This document shows positions 12,117-25,564 of a stretch of 64,000 nt of DNA, in pieces; the first letter of the stretch is position 1; every line of letters begins with the position of its first letter. The DNA lies in contig CM060731.1 in NCBI GenBank assembly GCA_030704615.1, positions 682,001 through 746,000 on the forward strand, written 5' to 3'. Below the pieces are notes generated by a model. That model made no database searches. It saw only the letters and a program-made list of their open reading frames with translations, and had not been told where the DNA came from. The position numbers and the translations under genes are program-made. The stretch comes from Takakia lepidozioides. Taxonomy: Eukaryota > Plantae > Bryophyta.

Positions 12117-15100
12117 CAGTGTTGGGCGGTTCTTGCCTTTGTGAAGGAACCTTCGGTTCCGGTTCCACAAATTTTTGAAGAGACGGTTCCGGATCCGGAT
12201 CCGGTTATTTTTTATTAAGGCGGTTCCGGTCCGGTTCAGGTTCTGACTTTTTAACATGGGGGCGGTTCCGGTTACCGGTTAGTTGCTGGAAAAAAAAACA
12301 CCGGTTCCGGTTAGGTTCCGGTTCTTTTTTAAAAATATATTAAATTCTTTTAATTTTTTATTCTTCTGGAAAATTAGATGAACTGATCTGATTGGTCATA
12401 CTGAGAATTTTCAACTAAAACCAGGGAATTTATTAGTAAAACAATAAACTTATATGTTTTTTGTGATTGTCTTTTATGGTATATATAACTAGTTATATAC
12501 GCATGGTCTCCATTAAAAACGGAAAACCAGAGATTTTATAAGTTGTCGTACGGTGTAGCAAAGAACAACTAAAACAAACTAACTACATAAGGATCTTAAT
12601 TCAAAATACAAAACAAATTAAACATGTGTAATTCTATGATTACCTTTTATGGTGCAGCAAAAGCACAACTAAAAGAAACTACATAAATTTGTGTTTTTTG
12701 GATGATGCTTTGTCAATATAGCATACAACAAACTAAGTACACGGGATGTCACTGAAATTTTCAATAAAAATGACAAATAAACAAACTCCAATCAAAGGAG
12801 TATAGTATAATATGTTGAACAATAATTTGTCTCTAAGACAAATCAGTCTACCTCAAAGAGGTTTGCCTCTGCAATCAAGTCCTCATTCTCATCTAAGAGG
12901 ACTTCTTCCCTATCCAAAAACTCTTTCATGGAAGTACTAAAGCAACCAACTCTAGCATCATTTGGCCAATTCTTGACTACACTCACAAGCATATCAAGGT
13001 TTTCAATATTTAATCTGCACCGTCTCAAGTTTGTTATGACACCTGCAATACTAAAAACCCTCTCAGCTTCAATCTGAGATCCAACTATGCCCAAAATTAG
13101 CCGTGCCAAAAATCCCACATACGGAAAGAGAGACTTGTGTTCTTTCCACCATTTCAAAGGAGCCACGCACTCACCCTCATTTATCTTCGTCCTTCTGAAA
13201 TGTGATAGTTGTTCTCTCACCACTGTCATGTCATGTCTTCATTGTGGTCATGCACACCAAATAAGGACATCTCTTCCATTGTGGAATTGGGCTATGATTG
13301 GGCCGGAGTATCCGGATGTAAGACCTTGAAACACTTTACCAAAAGAGGCTCTAACACCATACTATCATATTGGGACACAATATGCAAAGCACGCTCTTTG
13401 CCCATATATTGTGATACCAATGACAACCCCTTGTAACGTGGGTCAAGCATAAGCGTGAGCATATTGTGAGCTTTGCGCGATTGAAACCCTTCAAAAAAAA
13501 ATAAAAATGGTTCCAAGACATATACCACCTCTCGAGCCATCCGCCATTCCAACAATGTCAATTCTGTTGAGAAATCCCCCATGCAATGATCCACAGTTGC
13601 AGCCCCCCCATCACTACTTCCTCGCATGCGAATTGTTGTGGCAATGGCTGCATTAAGAGCATTGGACAACAACCAAAATCCCCCAGATTGATTCATAATG
13701 CACTCATGAACCACAGGCCCTAGAACTGTAGAAATTGATTGGGCAATGGCCCACACTTGTGGACTTGGTATGCGAGACTGCAGTGCCAATGAGGTTTGCC
13801 TAGAGTAACAAGTGATTATGGCTTGTCTAAACTCCAAAGTCTCTTGGAAGAGGATCACCTTGGAAGCAAACCGTGTCTTCACCGGAGTCTTCAGTTTGTG
13901 GGGATGAATGCCGCTGTCCACACATGCCTTTGCCCATTCTTGTCTCCCTTTGCCACTTTTTTTTGTCCAAGTAATGGTTTTTTGCAACTTTGATTGGGCA
14001 TTTTTTATAGAAACCGATCTCATATCTGTGCATACTTTTGCATCATTTGTTGCATACTGGCAACACTTGGACATTGCATGCCCAAAACAGCTACCCACAA
14101 ATGGAGAATCCAACCCCAAACACGCACATGAGACCACCGAATTCAAAGCATTGGTCAAAGTGGCCAAGTTACCTCCCTCATCTTTGACGTAAGCAATAAT
14201 GCGAGTATTGAGGCCATACTTCACAAGAAGATTGTTGACTTGATGTGCCATGGCAGCCCCAGATGTGTCAGGTGTCTCAAACATGTCAAGTGTCACATGA
14301 CATTGCTCCCACTGTTCATTAATAAAGTGCGTTATGATGACAAAAGTGTCAGTTCCCCCTCTTGACATCCACAAATCAAAACTCACGGAGCAAGTAGCAC
14401 AACTCGGAAGAAATGGGGACATGTAGCGCTCTTTCGTCTTCTCTGCCAAGATTGGAATGGCCTCATTCACAAATGTCCGTCGAGAAAGGAAAACAATCCG
14501 AGGATTTTGCCTCAACACCATCCTTCTTAGCCAAGGGGATTCTACCAAAGACAGTGGAACCAACTCCTTTGCAATGAATAAGACTAAATCCTCATTGAAC
14601 TGCTTCTGTTGATCATCATTTTGGTTGTATGGAGTGGAGCTCCTAAAAAAAAAAACTATGTTTCCAGGAGTGGGGCCGGGCCTCTTTTTGGCTGGCCTAC
14701 GGGCCTTCTCAAGGTCCTTCATTTTCCCTCTCAATCCGCCTACGCAAAACAATGTCATGTTCTTGATCCACATGCTTTCGAAGGGCAGAGATACCATTGG
14801 TTTTATTATAGGTCACAATGCCCTTCTTGCTTGCAGGAGTGACACCAACAGGATGACATAGAACACACCTCATTTGTTGTGGATTTGTTATGTCCACTGG
14901 AGCAGAGTCTTTTGTTGCATAGAATGCCCATGTCGAAGCAGTGCGATTGTGGGGCTTCCAAAAATCCCGTTGTTTGTCAAGTACTGGGAGCTGCGCCTCC
15001 ACATCCAACACCGTGTGTGATGGCGAAAACTGTGGAAGATGACATTGCAGCCGAGGCTTGATGAGCTGATGTAAATGAGGCTTCATGATGAGCATCCTCC

Positions 15101-15200
15101 GCAACATGGCACTCCACCAAAGCTCTCTCATTATCAACATTGATGTCAGGAACAACTTCCCTTTCTAGTTCATCGAAAATACTGGGCTCCATGACATAAA
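12117..15200 (-). mobile_element. hAT (Ac-like) transposon, transposase pseudogene
   Basis: BED finger (W..F...CVLC...ALRKHVDQEH, 14709-15155), catalytic core SFDLWMS (13292-14797), hAT dimerisation domain WWK..FP..LARLILGIVGSQIEAERVFS (12843-13229), with frameshifts between them. CAGTGTT terminus at 12117 and clustered GGTTCCGG subterminal repeats (12150-12325). Other end not found. Confidence 0.9.
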
Positions 15201-15399
15201 AAGCTTGTGGAACAACTCATGTGTAAAAACAATGCAAACAAAGAACCCAAAAGGCATTTAATAATTGTGCACAACTCATATATTTACAACTAAAAATGTA
15301 AACAACTAAAAAAATAAAGCTCAATGAAAGGGAGTTACAAGCGGGTAATGGTGGCTGGTTGGCAGGTCCCTCCCTACTTTGGGCTCCCTCCCTCTCATG

Positions 15400-17800
15400 C
15401 AGAATCTGCTATAACAGAAGCCAAAGGGGCTATCTTATCAACCCCCAATTGTATCAAGAATTAAAAAAATTTAAAGAAAGGGAAGATACTTACCAGTGAT
15501 GATCAATGTGGGCTGGTTGGCGGGCCCCTCTTTGCTTGTGCTCCCTCCAATGTAAAATCTACCATAGTGGAGCAAGGGCTATCAGCCCCTTGGTATATCA
15601 TCAAAGAAAACAGGAAAAAATAAATAAATAAATAAAAATAAAAATGATGATCAATGATTACCATGGACCAAGGGGCCTGGTTGCAGGTGGGCCCTGCCCG
15701 CATGGGCCTCCTTCCATCGGTCCTCCCAAAACTGCCCGGACGGTGTCATAGGGGGGAGACGTACTTCCTCTTTGCCATCAAACAAGTGTTTCTCTCTTCT
15801 TCTCCATCGATGGCTCATAGGAAGAAATTTGCGGTAGTTGGGATACACCATCTTGTGAAGATGGCGGGAGCTATGTGCATCGAGATCATCGCCACAATGC
15901 AAGCATGCATGGTATCCTTTGGTGCTTAGCCCCGAGCAAACAGTTAGTCCTGTACTACACATCCCGCCACATTAGCAAAAACAAAAAGTTATCATGTGCA
16001 TGACCCATAATGTCATCTACCCCACTACGGTGCACAAGATTGTCGCCGCTACTTCAATCAATCCCAATCCTCATCCTCATCCGGCATTGACAAGTGAATG
16101 TACGTGGGTTGTTCATGGGGAACATAATATACCTGGATAATCATGCATTGTCCAAAGCAAGATGCCTCTCATCTGAAAAGATTGTCCGACCATAGGGTCA
16201 AGTGAAGCATCCAATGCTGGGACCCCCCTCCATAGTTCTTTAAGTTCATCAACAAGAGTGGGGGGTAGTAAGCAGTACGTGTCCATGTTTGCCACTTGTT
16301 TTTTCCCTTTGAGACATTCACATCATTGTTTCAATGCTCCACCAATATGCAGATTATACTACAAAATGAATTACACGTCTTACTCCATGATTATGTCACT
16401 CATCAATCTTGCATCCGAATTGCGTCAAAGATCAGAAGTTTAATGTAAAGTCGAAGGCAATAATAAACATGAAATGAGTACACTCACCTGACACAATGGC
16501 AGCCAACATGATATGGCCTTTTTTAATTGAAAGATACGGAGGGATGTTGTAATTCACCATGGTCACCGGCCAAGTGGAATGACTACATGACTGGACAGAG
16601 AATGGGTTGACCCCATCCGAGGAGAAGCCGAGTTGGACATGTCGTGGGTCCTCCAAGAGAAAAAGCCACATCTCTTCAATATGCCTCCATGCTTGTGAAT
16701 CTTGTTTTCCCGGGGGGCTCCGATGCGAGGCGTGCCATCTCATGAGTCTGGCCAATTCGGGGCTTCGGTACTGTGCCCTCAATCGCGGGATGATCGGAAA
16801 GTAATGCATTTTCTAGGATGAAATACCCCACGCCCCCCCACATGTAATCATCTCATTAGCACACATAATACAACACCCTTATGCCTTTCTCTTTATGCAG
16901 CCTCTCCCTCATTTGAGTGTGAATGGTCAAAACCAAACGTCGCTCCTTCCACTCCTCACTCACTCCTTCCAAAACCACAATCAGATCTTGCATGAGTACT
17001 ACTCTCTAATAATCTCCATGCGATGGGGAATGGCGCTTATACCTTGCGTGGTACTTTTTTCCCTTGGACATCATCCCGATATCGGTCTTTCTTGCACTTT
17101 GGGCACTTGGTGAGATGCGAATCTTCTCCGTAGTATAGGGTTTTATCACATGGACATGCATGAAAGAGTGATATGTTATAGCCCATCCCCACATAGTCCA
17201 AGACTTCGCGTGTCTCTTTCCGCGACCGTGACATCTTGGGTTTCAAGTGTGAAGCAAGGATATAGTCTGCAATAGTTCGCATTATGGCAGACATCCCAAC
17301 ATTACTTATGCCAAATCGAATTTGAAGATTGAGCAAAAGTAAGATTGTTGAAAGTCGACTCACTTTCGTCCCTTCGTACAAGGGAGTCCTCGCCTCCCTC
17401 TCCATGTCATTTGAGGGGGCCATTTCAGGATCATCGATTGGCCGGGTTCCCTCTTCATGGGGTGCATCAGCGCCCACATGATGCATTAAGAGATCCTCCA
17501 TGGCTTGCACATCCTCCTGGTTAATTCCATGCTCATTGTTGTTGTCACTGTCACTATCACTATCACTATCACTGTCATCGTCATCATCGTCCGGTACCGT
17601 GGGGGCGGCGTCTCGCCCACGGCTCCCGCTTGATGTACTTGGGTTGTTTTCGGATGGGGTGCCAAGAGAAAAGACCGGGAAGAGATGGACAAAGTCCTAA
17701 TACGAACAAATGAACATAGGGACATATATTATAATGTGTCCTTGCAACCATACACTTCATTATAAGCGAAATGCAAACAACAACCTTCAATGTGTGTGTG
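15400..17800 (-). mobile_element. CACTA/En-Spm Tnp2 (Transposase_21) pseudogene, intron-containing
   Basis: FHACPCDK..Y..CPKC, YFPIIPRL..LMRWH, DSQAW, LGFSSDGVNPF..STWPV..NYNIPP, LLWTMHDYPG, GYHACLHC, YRKFLP..HRWRR...FDGKEE. Truncated at the 3' end. Confidence 0.9.
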
Positions 17801-18042
17801 CATCAAATATGTTATTCAATAATTACATGTATGTGCGCAACGTACATGCTTGCAAAGTTTCAAACCCAAACAAAATCATTTGCCCCCCCCAATGACGCAT
17901 TCACCCTATCAACCAATTTTTCTTTATTAATGTGAAAGAAAATCCTCTCATGCCATTGCACCCAACAAACGGATGTGGCTCAAGCTTCATTTTTTCCTAC
18001 ATATGCTTAAATATGTGTGCAACATCTGTACAAAGATCCAGC

Positions 18043-18095
<53 letters not shown>

Positions 18096-18723
18096 CCCAA
18101 CGACGCACACACCCTTGCACCAATTTTGAATTAAATCGAATTTAAATGAATTTAAAATAAATATTTGCATTTAGAAAATATATGATTGCGGTTTTGAGGG
18201 GCGTAATGATTTTATTTTTAGCTCTATTTTGTTCTGTGACATCAGGCTTTGCACCACTACATCCATGCAAAAAATGGGACAAAAAAAAAATGGAAAAAAA
18301 ATAAGTGTGTTTTTAGGGTCACTTTTGCATGCAGTTGAAGATAACATAACTTTGGAGTGCAAATGAGAGAACAAAATCTGGTTATGGGTCCAAATGACTT
18401 TTGTTTACTCCCAAATTTTGCATGCACATTGCATATGCTATCATTAAGCATATGGCTTGAAAATAAAATAAAATAAAATTCATCTGCAGGTGAAACACAA
18501 TTTTCCGTCTCTATGACACGTAGCTACGTTCAACACTAGAATGACCCATTGAATCAACTTGGTTCAAGCTCATATTTGGTCCACATGTGCATAAGTATGT
18601 TTAGATCACATATGCAAAGTTGCAACCCACACGAGCAACATTTTTTTTAAAAATATCAAACGATTAATCGGATATATACAAAGTACATCATGAGAATATC
18701 TACAATGCCCCTCTACGCGATCC

Positions 18724-20439
18724 CTATCTCAAAGGAACCCTATTTCTATCATACACATCCCACTTAGGCTGTAATCGGAGGTCCCAATCAACCCGGGAGA
18801 ACTCATATGATGCAAATAATTCACTGCCAGCCCTAATAGTCCTACTAGCACATGTCATCACAAACATGTGCATCCCCTCACAGTATACTGACGTATGACC
18901 ACAAAAGCTCTCATGCCCATCGCTTCGCTCGTCCCATACTACATTGGTTCTCCTAGGATGACCAAAAGAACTATTGACCAGCCCAGCAACATTGCCGAAG
19001 ATGTCAGGGTCACCATCACAAAATCTGATCTCAATGGGAGACAACCCCCGTCTACGTACATCCTGTCCGTTGACATACAAAATATATGGTCAGATGTATG
19101 GGGCTTCGAGGCGTAATATACGGAACTCCGCGGAGGTGTAGTATGGACCGTAGTAGGGAAACAAGTCCACCATGCTGTTTCTCCGAAGAAGAACCACAAT
19201 ATCATTGACCGTGAATAAACCCCGACCCATAGAAGGGTCTGTAGCGGCTCTCACAACATACCGTCTCCCCCCACTTAAACTCCACATTTTCTCGGATGGG
19301 GGTGGGAGGGTCGAGATGATTCCCCCAACAACGAGGCTGGACGGTCCTCAGTAACATAATCCTATGTGCTTCCCATCGGGGGCGAGGATCCGGCTCAGGC
19401 CGCCCAAGCCGAAGGGGAGGAAACCTAGGACGAAGCCGATCCCTCCTAGGGGTTCGGGGGGCACATGCACGTGGAGATGGAGGTGGAGGTAGAGATGGAG
19501 GTGGAGGTGGAGGTGGAGGTGGTGGTGTTACTGCTGGCGGAGGAGATGAAAGTGGAGGTGGTTGAGGATGTAATGTCGGAGGTGCAGCCGGGGGTACAAC
19601 GTCCGGATCAGGTACAACCGGAGGTGGATCAGGCAAAGAAACAGACGGGGGGGGGGGGGGGGGGGGGGAGGCCACAATCAGGGGGACCGCTTGATGAAAC
19701 TGGAGGGGGGGGGGGGGGGGGGGGGGTGGGCCTGCTCGTCGCCGGCCATAACGCCTACGACACCTACAATACCCCTCGACCCTACGCATCTCATCTACGT
19801 GCTGCTGGGGGAACCAACTGGTCACATCGGGCACATGCTCTGCCACAAATTTGCAAGTAAACCGGCGCGAAATGCCTCCTGTGCAATGTGATTGCGAGCT
19901 TGGGCATCAAGTCGTGGCTGCAATGTGCGTAGTGAACGACGCATCAATACTTATGTCGTAATTTTGATTCATGTATGCTTACCAATCATACTATATTATT
20001 AGATAAACCTAAATATACCTTAAATGAATGTTAATGAGAGGGGTGGGAAAAACACTCACCTTTGCCGCATCTGCAATCTTGTTCTTCTTGTAATGTTTTT
20101 CGACAACATGCGGTCGCCGCCTCGGTGGTCTGGTGCCGCCCGGCGGTATCTGTTCCCAACACTTAGTGCACCGACACTCAATCCTATCGGGGGGGGGGGA
20201 CGGGGTGGCCCGCGAGGGGGCAACCCGCGGCGCGCCCGACTCAATCCCGGAGTGTCAACATCCTCCGCATCACCTGAAATTTGGCCCTGGTCCCTTCTAC
20301 GATTGTGCCCGACAACCTGTATTGGATCAGGTGCAATGGGTGCCTCCTCGCCACGAAAAATGGTCGCTCTAGGGCCACAATCGATATGTGGTACTACCTC
20401 CCCATCCTCGAGGGAGACGGGTCGATGTTTCCTCACCAT
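18724..20439 (-). pseudogene. SET-domain protein with Pro-rich linker, upstream of and co-oriented with the CACTA transposase
   Basis: 19287->18724 reads in one frame through one TGA: MGRGLF...YYGPY...DGDPDIFGNVAGLVNSS...N...ASRTIRAGSELFASY, matching SET motifs GxGLF, N..N.S and I..GEEL...Y. Probable frameshift in the G-run near 19270. Probable first exon 20439-20059. Confidence 0.7.
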
Positions 20440-20854
20440 CCCATCCTAATTAACACGCACCACCAACACTTTCATTTCTCAAAAACCGTTGGCAAAAAAC
20501 CATGTGCCTCAGCCTGGGGGCTTTCAAAATTGGTAACCAAAGGCGGAGCATCCCTATGGTGCTAGAGCCCAAGACAATAAATCCTTCCTCTCGTTCTATC
20601 TTCAGGATGCTCACACTATGGAAAAATTTGTTGAGACCCAGCGCTTTGCGATTACCAGATTGAACCACATTTTGGGTATGTGAATCCTAATTACATCGTT
20701 TATCCTTTTAACCCCAAGACCCACAACCAAAACCGCCAATCCAAAACCCAGCATCATAAAGAAAAGAAACACCCTAACCCAGTACCATATGAAAAAATAA
20801 ATAAATAAAATAAAAACTAAGAAACCCAAAAGGCCCTAAACCCTAAATCCAGAA

Positions 20855-21095
20855 AGGCCGGCCGTCGCCTCCTGCGACACCCTGGCGTCGCATTGGATGA
20901 CGCGTTTTTTATTTTATTTTTTAACTGGGGGTCGCACCCCGCGACAGACAGCCGTCGCGGGGGGCGACGTGTTTTTTTATTTATGGGGCCGGGGGTCGCA
21001 AGAAACGACGGCCAGCCGTCGCAATATTCATTTTTACATTTAAAAAAAGTGCGGGCGCAGGCGTGCGACGGCCGGGCGTCGCACGTGGGCGCCGC
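20855..21095. repeat. Cluster of GTCGCA/TGCGAC inverted short motifs (CACTA-type subterminal repeats)
   Basis: Multiple GCGAC/GTCGC motifs in both orientations upstream of the CACTA/SET genes. Confidence 0.5.
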
Positions 21096-22763
21096 GCCTT
21101 TTTTTTCCCTAAGTGCTTCAAGCATCTCTTTCCCCTCCCGTTTTCGTTTGTTCTTTGGGAGAGAGGTAGTTCAGAGAGTGGGGTTTAGGGTGGAGGAGAA
21201 ACGCACCTACTGCTGAGCCCGAGGTGGTCGCAAGGCCCCAAGGAGTTTGCCCCAACGTCGCTCCAATGCCCAAGGTAAGCACCGCCTCCTCCCTCACTTT
21301 CTGTCTTTCTTTCTTGCCCTAAGCATGGGCTGATGTCTGACGAATGCCTTTGGAAAAATAAAAATAAAAATAAAAATAAAACATCAACAGCAGTGTTTTT
21401 AATCTGGCGGAAAATGCCAGATTTCGACCTGGAAAATGGGTCAGCTACTTTTATTAAAAAATTACGAGAGTAAAAATTTAAAAAATCGCCAGAAAGCGCC
21501 AATGGTCAAATATCAGGAGCCAGATTTGTCCTACATGGACCTATTAAGATATAACACCTGTAATATAGCCGTTTTTCTAACTAGGTCACCTCGTTAGTCT
21601 CGCCATATGGGCACCGGGTAGAATCACATGTCGCCCAGCGATTTAGGAAAAGTGAAAAAAAAAAAACACTGATGAACAGTGCAATTAATAACCCAAAAAT
21701 ATTATTACTACAAAAAAGGCAAAACAAAGCATAATATGAAAAATCCCAAGAATAATATATGAAGTTAATGCACACATGTGATCTCTCACAAAATGGTAGG
21801 CTGATCTCCGACATATTGAATCTTCCCTGACCTCTCTTGAGAGTGACATGGAACTGAAAGGAGTATAATTTCAGCCTAGCTAACAATGGATTACAAAGAG
21901 AGGGATTATAAACTCTGGTCGGGGTTTACACGGTGGGGAGTGTAATTCCACTTGTGGTTACACTGAGTTACACGGCAAGAAGTGTAACTCACACTTGGTC
22001 TCGAAGTTTGATTAAGTCCAAATTTGACTAAGTTTAAAATGGAATAAGAGGAGTTACACAATAAAGTGGGGTGACACATCCACCTTCGTTCTCGAAGGTA
22101 ATAGCCCTTCGGGGTCAAGAGACACCATAATTTACGCTTCCTTTGAGAGGCGTCATATATCATTATTAGTGAACTTAGACAAATTTTGTGACCAAGTGTA
22201 AGTTACAATGGGTGAAGTTACATTTCATTGCATCTAACGCGGTATAACATGAAATTACACTCTTTTATGTGTAACCTAGTGTCACCCCATTGGAGTTACC
22301 CTCCCTTCCGTTGCATGTTGCATGTCACTCCCTCCTGTCAAACATCGCATGAGAAGTTCTACATTATTCCTAGTGTTCTCCTATAGAAAAGCTCATTTTG
22401 AAAAACATCCCACTTAATTGTACTTTAACTGGAAAATGTGCTCCAGAGGGCGTTGGGGCCGGGCGCATTCACTCCCGACCTTTCTATTACTTGCCACCAA
22501 GTTGTAGCCCAATGGTAAGTGGTTGTGGGTTCTGTCCAGCGATTGCTCATAAAGGTGTCCACCTTCCCGCCGGAAGGCAGTAGCCATTCAGGGTCAAGGA
22601 CACCCAAATTTAGGCTTCCTTTGGGAGGCGTCATAACTTACTTCACTTTGTCTGAGAGCTCATGCCACATCCTACTCCTTGGTTGTTGAGAATCTAGGGG
22701 AATGTAGCACAGCCCAATCCTCTCTTTAGTGTGGACAAACTGCTTGAGTTTTCTGATCGATAA

Positions 22764-23651
22764 AGCGTATGTAGGGAATTCCAAAAAGGCCTTAATGTGA
22801 AATGCATTGCAATTCATTTGATCACCCCCCTAAAAGTGTGCAATTCAATTAAATAACAACCCTAGTTGACTGCAATTCAATTGAATTGTGAATTTGCAAT
22901 TCAATTGAATTGTTGACTACAATTCAATTGAATTGTAATCTATATTTTTTAACTTATTTCTGTATATGTATATATATATATATATATTTAAATTATACAT
23001 ATACGCATACAAAGGTATAAGCTAAAAATACATGTTGCCTCGTCTATTCTTGTTGTCCGTCTGTCAATCCTTTGCCCGTGGTAAGGCTTGAGCCCGAGAT
23101 AAGCCTAAGGGAGAGGGAGAGAGGGAGAGAGAGAGAGGAAGTCACGAAGCGCTTGTAAAAGCGGGATTGTCTCTCTTTGTGGATGTTGGTGCCAATATAT
23201 GGCTATGTACATATACCAAACATGATATCAATGTAAGAGTATCAATGTGTAAGAGTTTGATATATTAAACTTATATGGAACACACATCCCAACTTCAATA
23301 TGATACCTTTGTAAGGGTATCGAAACAATATTATTTTTGATAAGTCTCAAGATGAACATATTTTTTGTTTTTCTTTGTCCTCGGCCAGATACTAGTGTTA
23401 GGGGACTAGATGATGATGCAGGGGAAGCCTTTCATCAATTATCAGGTTTGATTTTGTCTGTTTCTTTCGGAGCCAACCATGTTGCTTTTGCTGAATTACA
23501 AGAAGATGCTGATCTCTCTCCGTCTCTGGCTCTCCCTTCCTCGCTGAGGCTGAGGGTGGCTTCACAACTCCACAATTTCCTCAAGAGAACAGCCGCAAGA
23601 ATAGACGGGCAATAGTTTTAGCTTATACTCTTATATGTGTATAAGTATAAT

Positions 23652-23717
<66 letters not shown>

Positions 23718-23860
23718 CAGAAATAAGTTAAAAATTATAGATTACAATTTAGTTGAATTGTAGTCAGCAATTCAATTGAATTGCGCACTTTTAGGGGGGT
23801 GATCAAGTGAATTGCGATGCATTTCACATCAAGGCCTTTTTGGAATTCCCTACATATGCC
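22764..23860. mobile_element. MITE (Tourist/PIF-Harbinger-like) with ~200-bp TIRs and an internal (TA)n
   Basis: TATGTAGGGAATTCCAAAAAGGCCTT... at 22768 mirrored by ...AAGGCCTTTTTGGAATTCCCTACATA at ~23856. Flanks are TAA and TTA. Confidence 0.75.
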
Positions 23861-23869
23861 TTACATAGG

Positions 23870-24700
23870 TGAAGGACTAATACACGTATTGGTATATGCA
23901 CTGGTATTAGATACCAGACCAGTCTGGTATCATTTGTGAGAATACTTGGTCATATACCATACCAGGCTGGTATCAGTTTTTTCATACCAGCCACAATTCC
24001 AGTACTCCTCATTTACTTTGGTAGGTGTTATACCAGTGACATTGTGGTAGATGATACCCACAAAAGTCGCAGTTTCAGAATCTTGTTCACCATCCTAGGA
24101 GGACCGCCAGGAGGGAGGCTTGATATGAGGTGTTGGCGGCAGCACACAACTATCGAAGCACTTATGGCGCTCCCTCTAGAACATTCTCTATTCTAGAAGC
24201 TTCGCCAAATCACGCTTGGGCATGTACTACATATGGGGGGCATCACGTAGCCATGTGGGGCCCATGTGACTGCATATGAGCCAGCGCCATGTGGGGCCAT
24301 GCAACTTACCACCTGACAAACTCATAGATGTCCTGTGGCCTTTGGCCAATTTTATTTTTTGAACCACTTGGGGTACATATTTGTACTTATGTATATTTAC
24401 TTCTTTATGTGTATTGTATTTGTTTTCCATTGATACTTGCTATTTAATAAACTTGCAATTGTCCCCTTTCGGTTTTAATAAATAAATAAATAAAATGAAG
24501 ATGGCTTTGGAATGAAACCAGAATTGATATCTCATACCAGCCGGTATTGTGGTCATGATACTCATATTCATACCACAATTATACAGACCAGACTGGTATG
24601 AAAGTTTTGTGATACGTCTAGTACCGGTACCAGTCTGGTATGTCCTAAACCTGATACCAGGACAACAGTGGTCTATACCACATTGAGTTCACTAAGTGAA
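23870..24700. mobile_element. Probable non-autonomous DNA element with ATACCAG/CTGGTAT subterminal repeats
   Basis: Dense ATACCA(G)/(C)TGGTAT motifs at both ends (23890-24060, 24535-24680). Exact TIRs not resolved. Confidence 0.4.
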
Positions 24701-25167
24701 CTCCCGCTAATCCATTTCTTAGTTTGGTATTGTCTGAACTCATGTTAGACACTCAGGTAAAAAGGGACTACCAGTCTGTTGGCAATTTTACTTTCAGCTC
24801 TACAGACCAAAGTGTTTCAGGATTTTTGTCAGCCAACAGAATACCCTAACCCAAAAAGCGCTGTATCTTCATGTGCAATCCAAACGTTTTTGGTGTTGGA
24901 AACATCTTTGCATGAAGACAAGCCACACAATTCTGAAATTTCAAGCTCTGATGCCTGTAACCCGATTGTCATTGGTTATGTGGTAAAATTTCTCAATTAT
25001 GGGCAAAGTTCCAACCCTCCCCACACAATCCGCACTCAGCGGATAAATTTGCGAGAGGCAATGCCCTCAACAGTTAGTCATACATGACATTCCTAGGGAA
25101 CTGTGGATGGACCACACGGCTCCGTAGTTGTAATGAATGAAGCAAAACACTTACATAGAACTTCATT

Positions 25168-25564
25168 TCACCAGTACTCCCCACAAGAACAAAACCCATC
25201 TTTGAACACTTGAAAGCGGTTGGCATCCCGTACAACAATTGCTCGCCCAACAATTTTGGAGATGAACTTGATGGCCGTGTGGCAGTCACCACACACCCGA
25301 AGGTTCTTTAAGACACGGAGAGGTGTCCCAGGGGCCGAAGGCAACAGCCAGCTTCTTGCTGTGGTGGCAATGAGAAAATTCCTTGTGCTCCTCCTCCACA
25401 TTATGCAATACAAAGCATGAGTCAGGTATGTACCCTGCCTCCTTCATCTGTCCAGACAATCTTCTCAGCTCATCATAGATTTGCTCAATTTGTGGATGCA
25501 TTTTGTCATCTGCAACGAAGGTGTGCAACCCATTGCCCACCTCAATGCAGCAGCGACCTGGTTC
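25168..25564 (-). pseudogene. Disabled DYW deaminase domain downstream of the PPR stop codon
   Basis: In-frame continuation *EPGRCCIEVGNGLHTFVADDKMHPQ...[12 protein letters not shown], then a frameshift to [26 protein letters not shown]...[10 protein letters not shown]. Confidence 0.9.

Noticed and set aside
19465-19891. Gly/Glu/Val-rich plus-strand ORFs
   Set aside because: Antisense of the Pro-rich linker of the SET gene.
22080-22635. ~78-bp diverged direct repeat (22080-22157, 22559-22635) as an LTR pair
   Set aside because: No TG...CA ends, TSD or PBS recognised; left unclassified.
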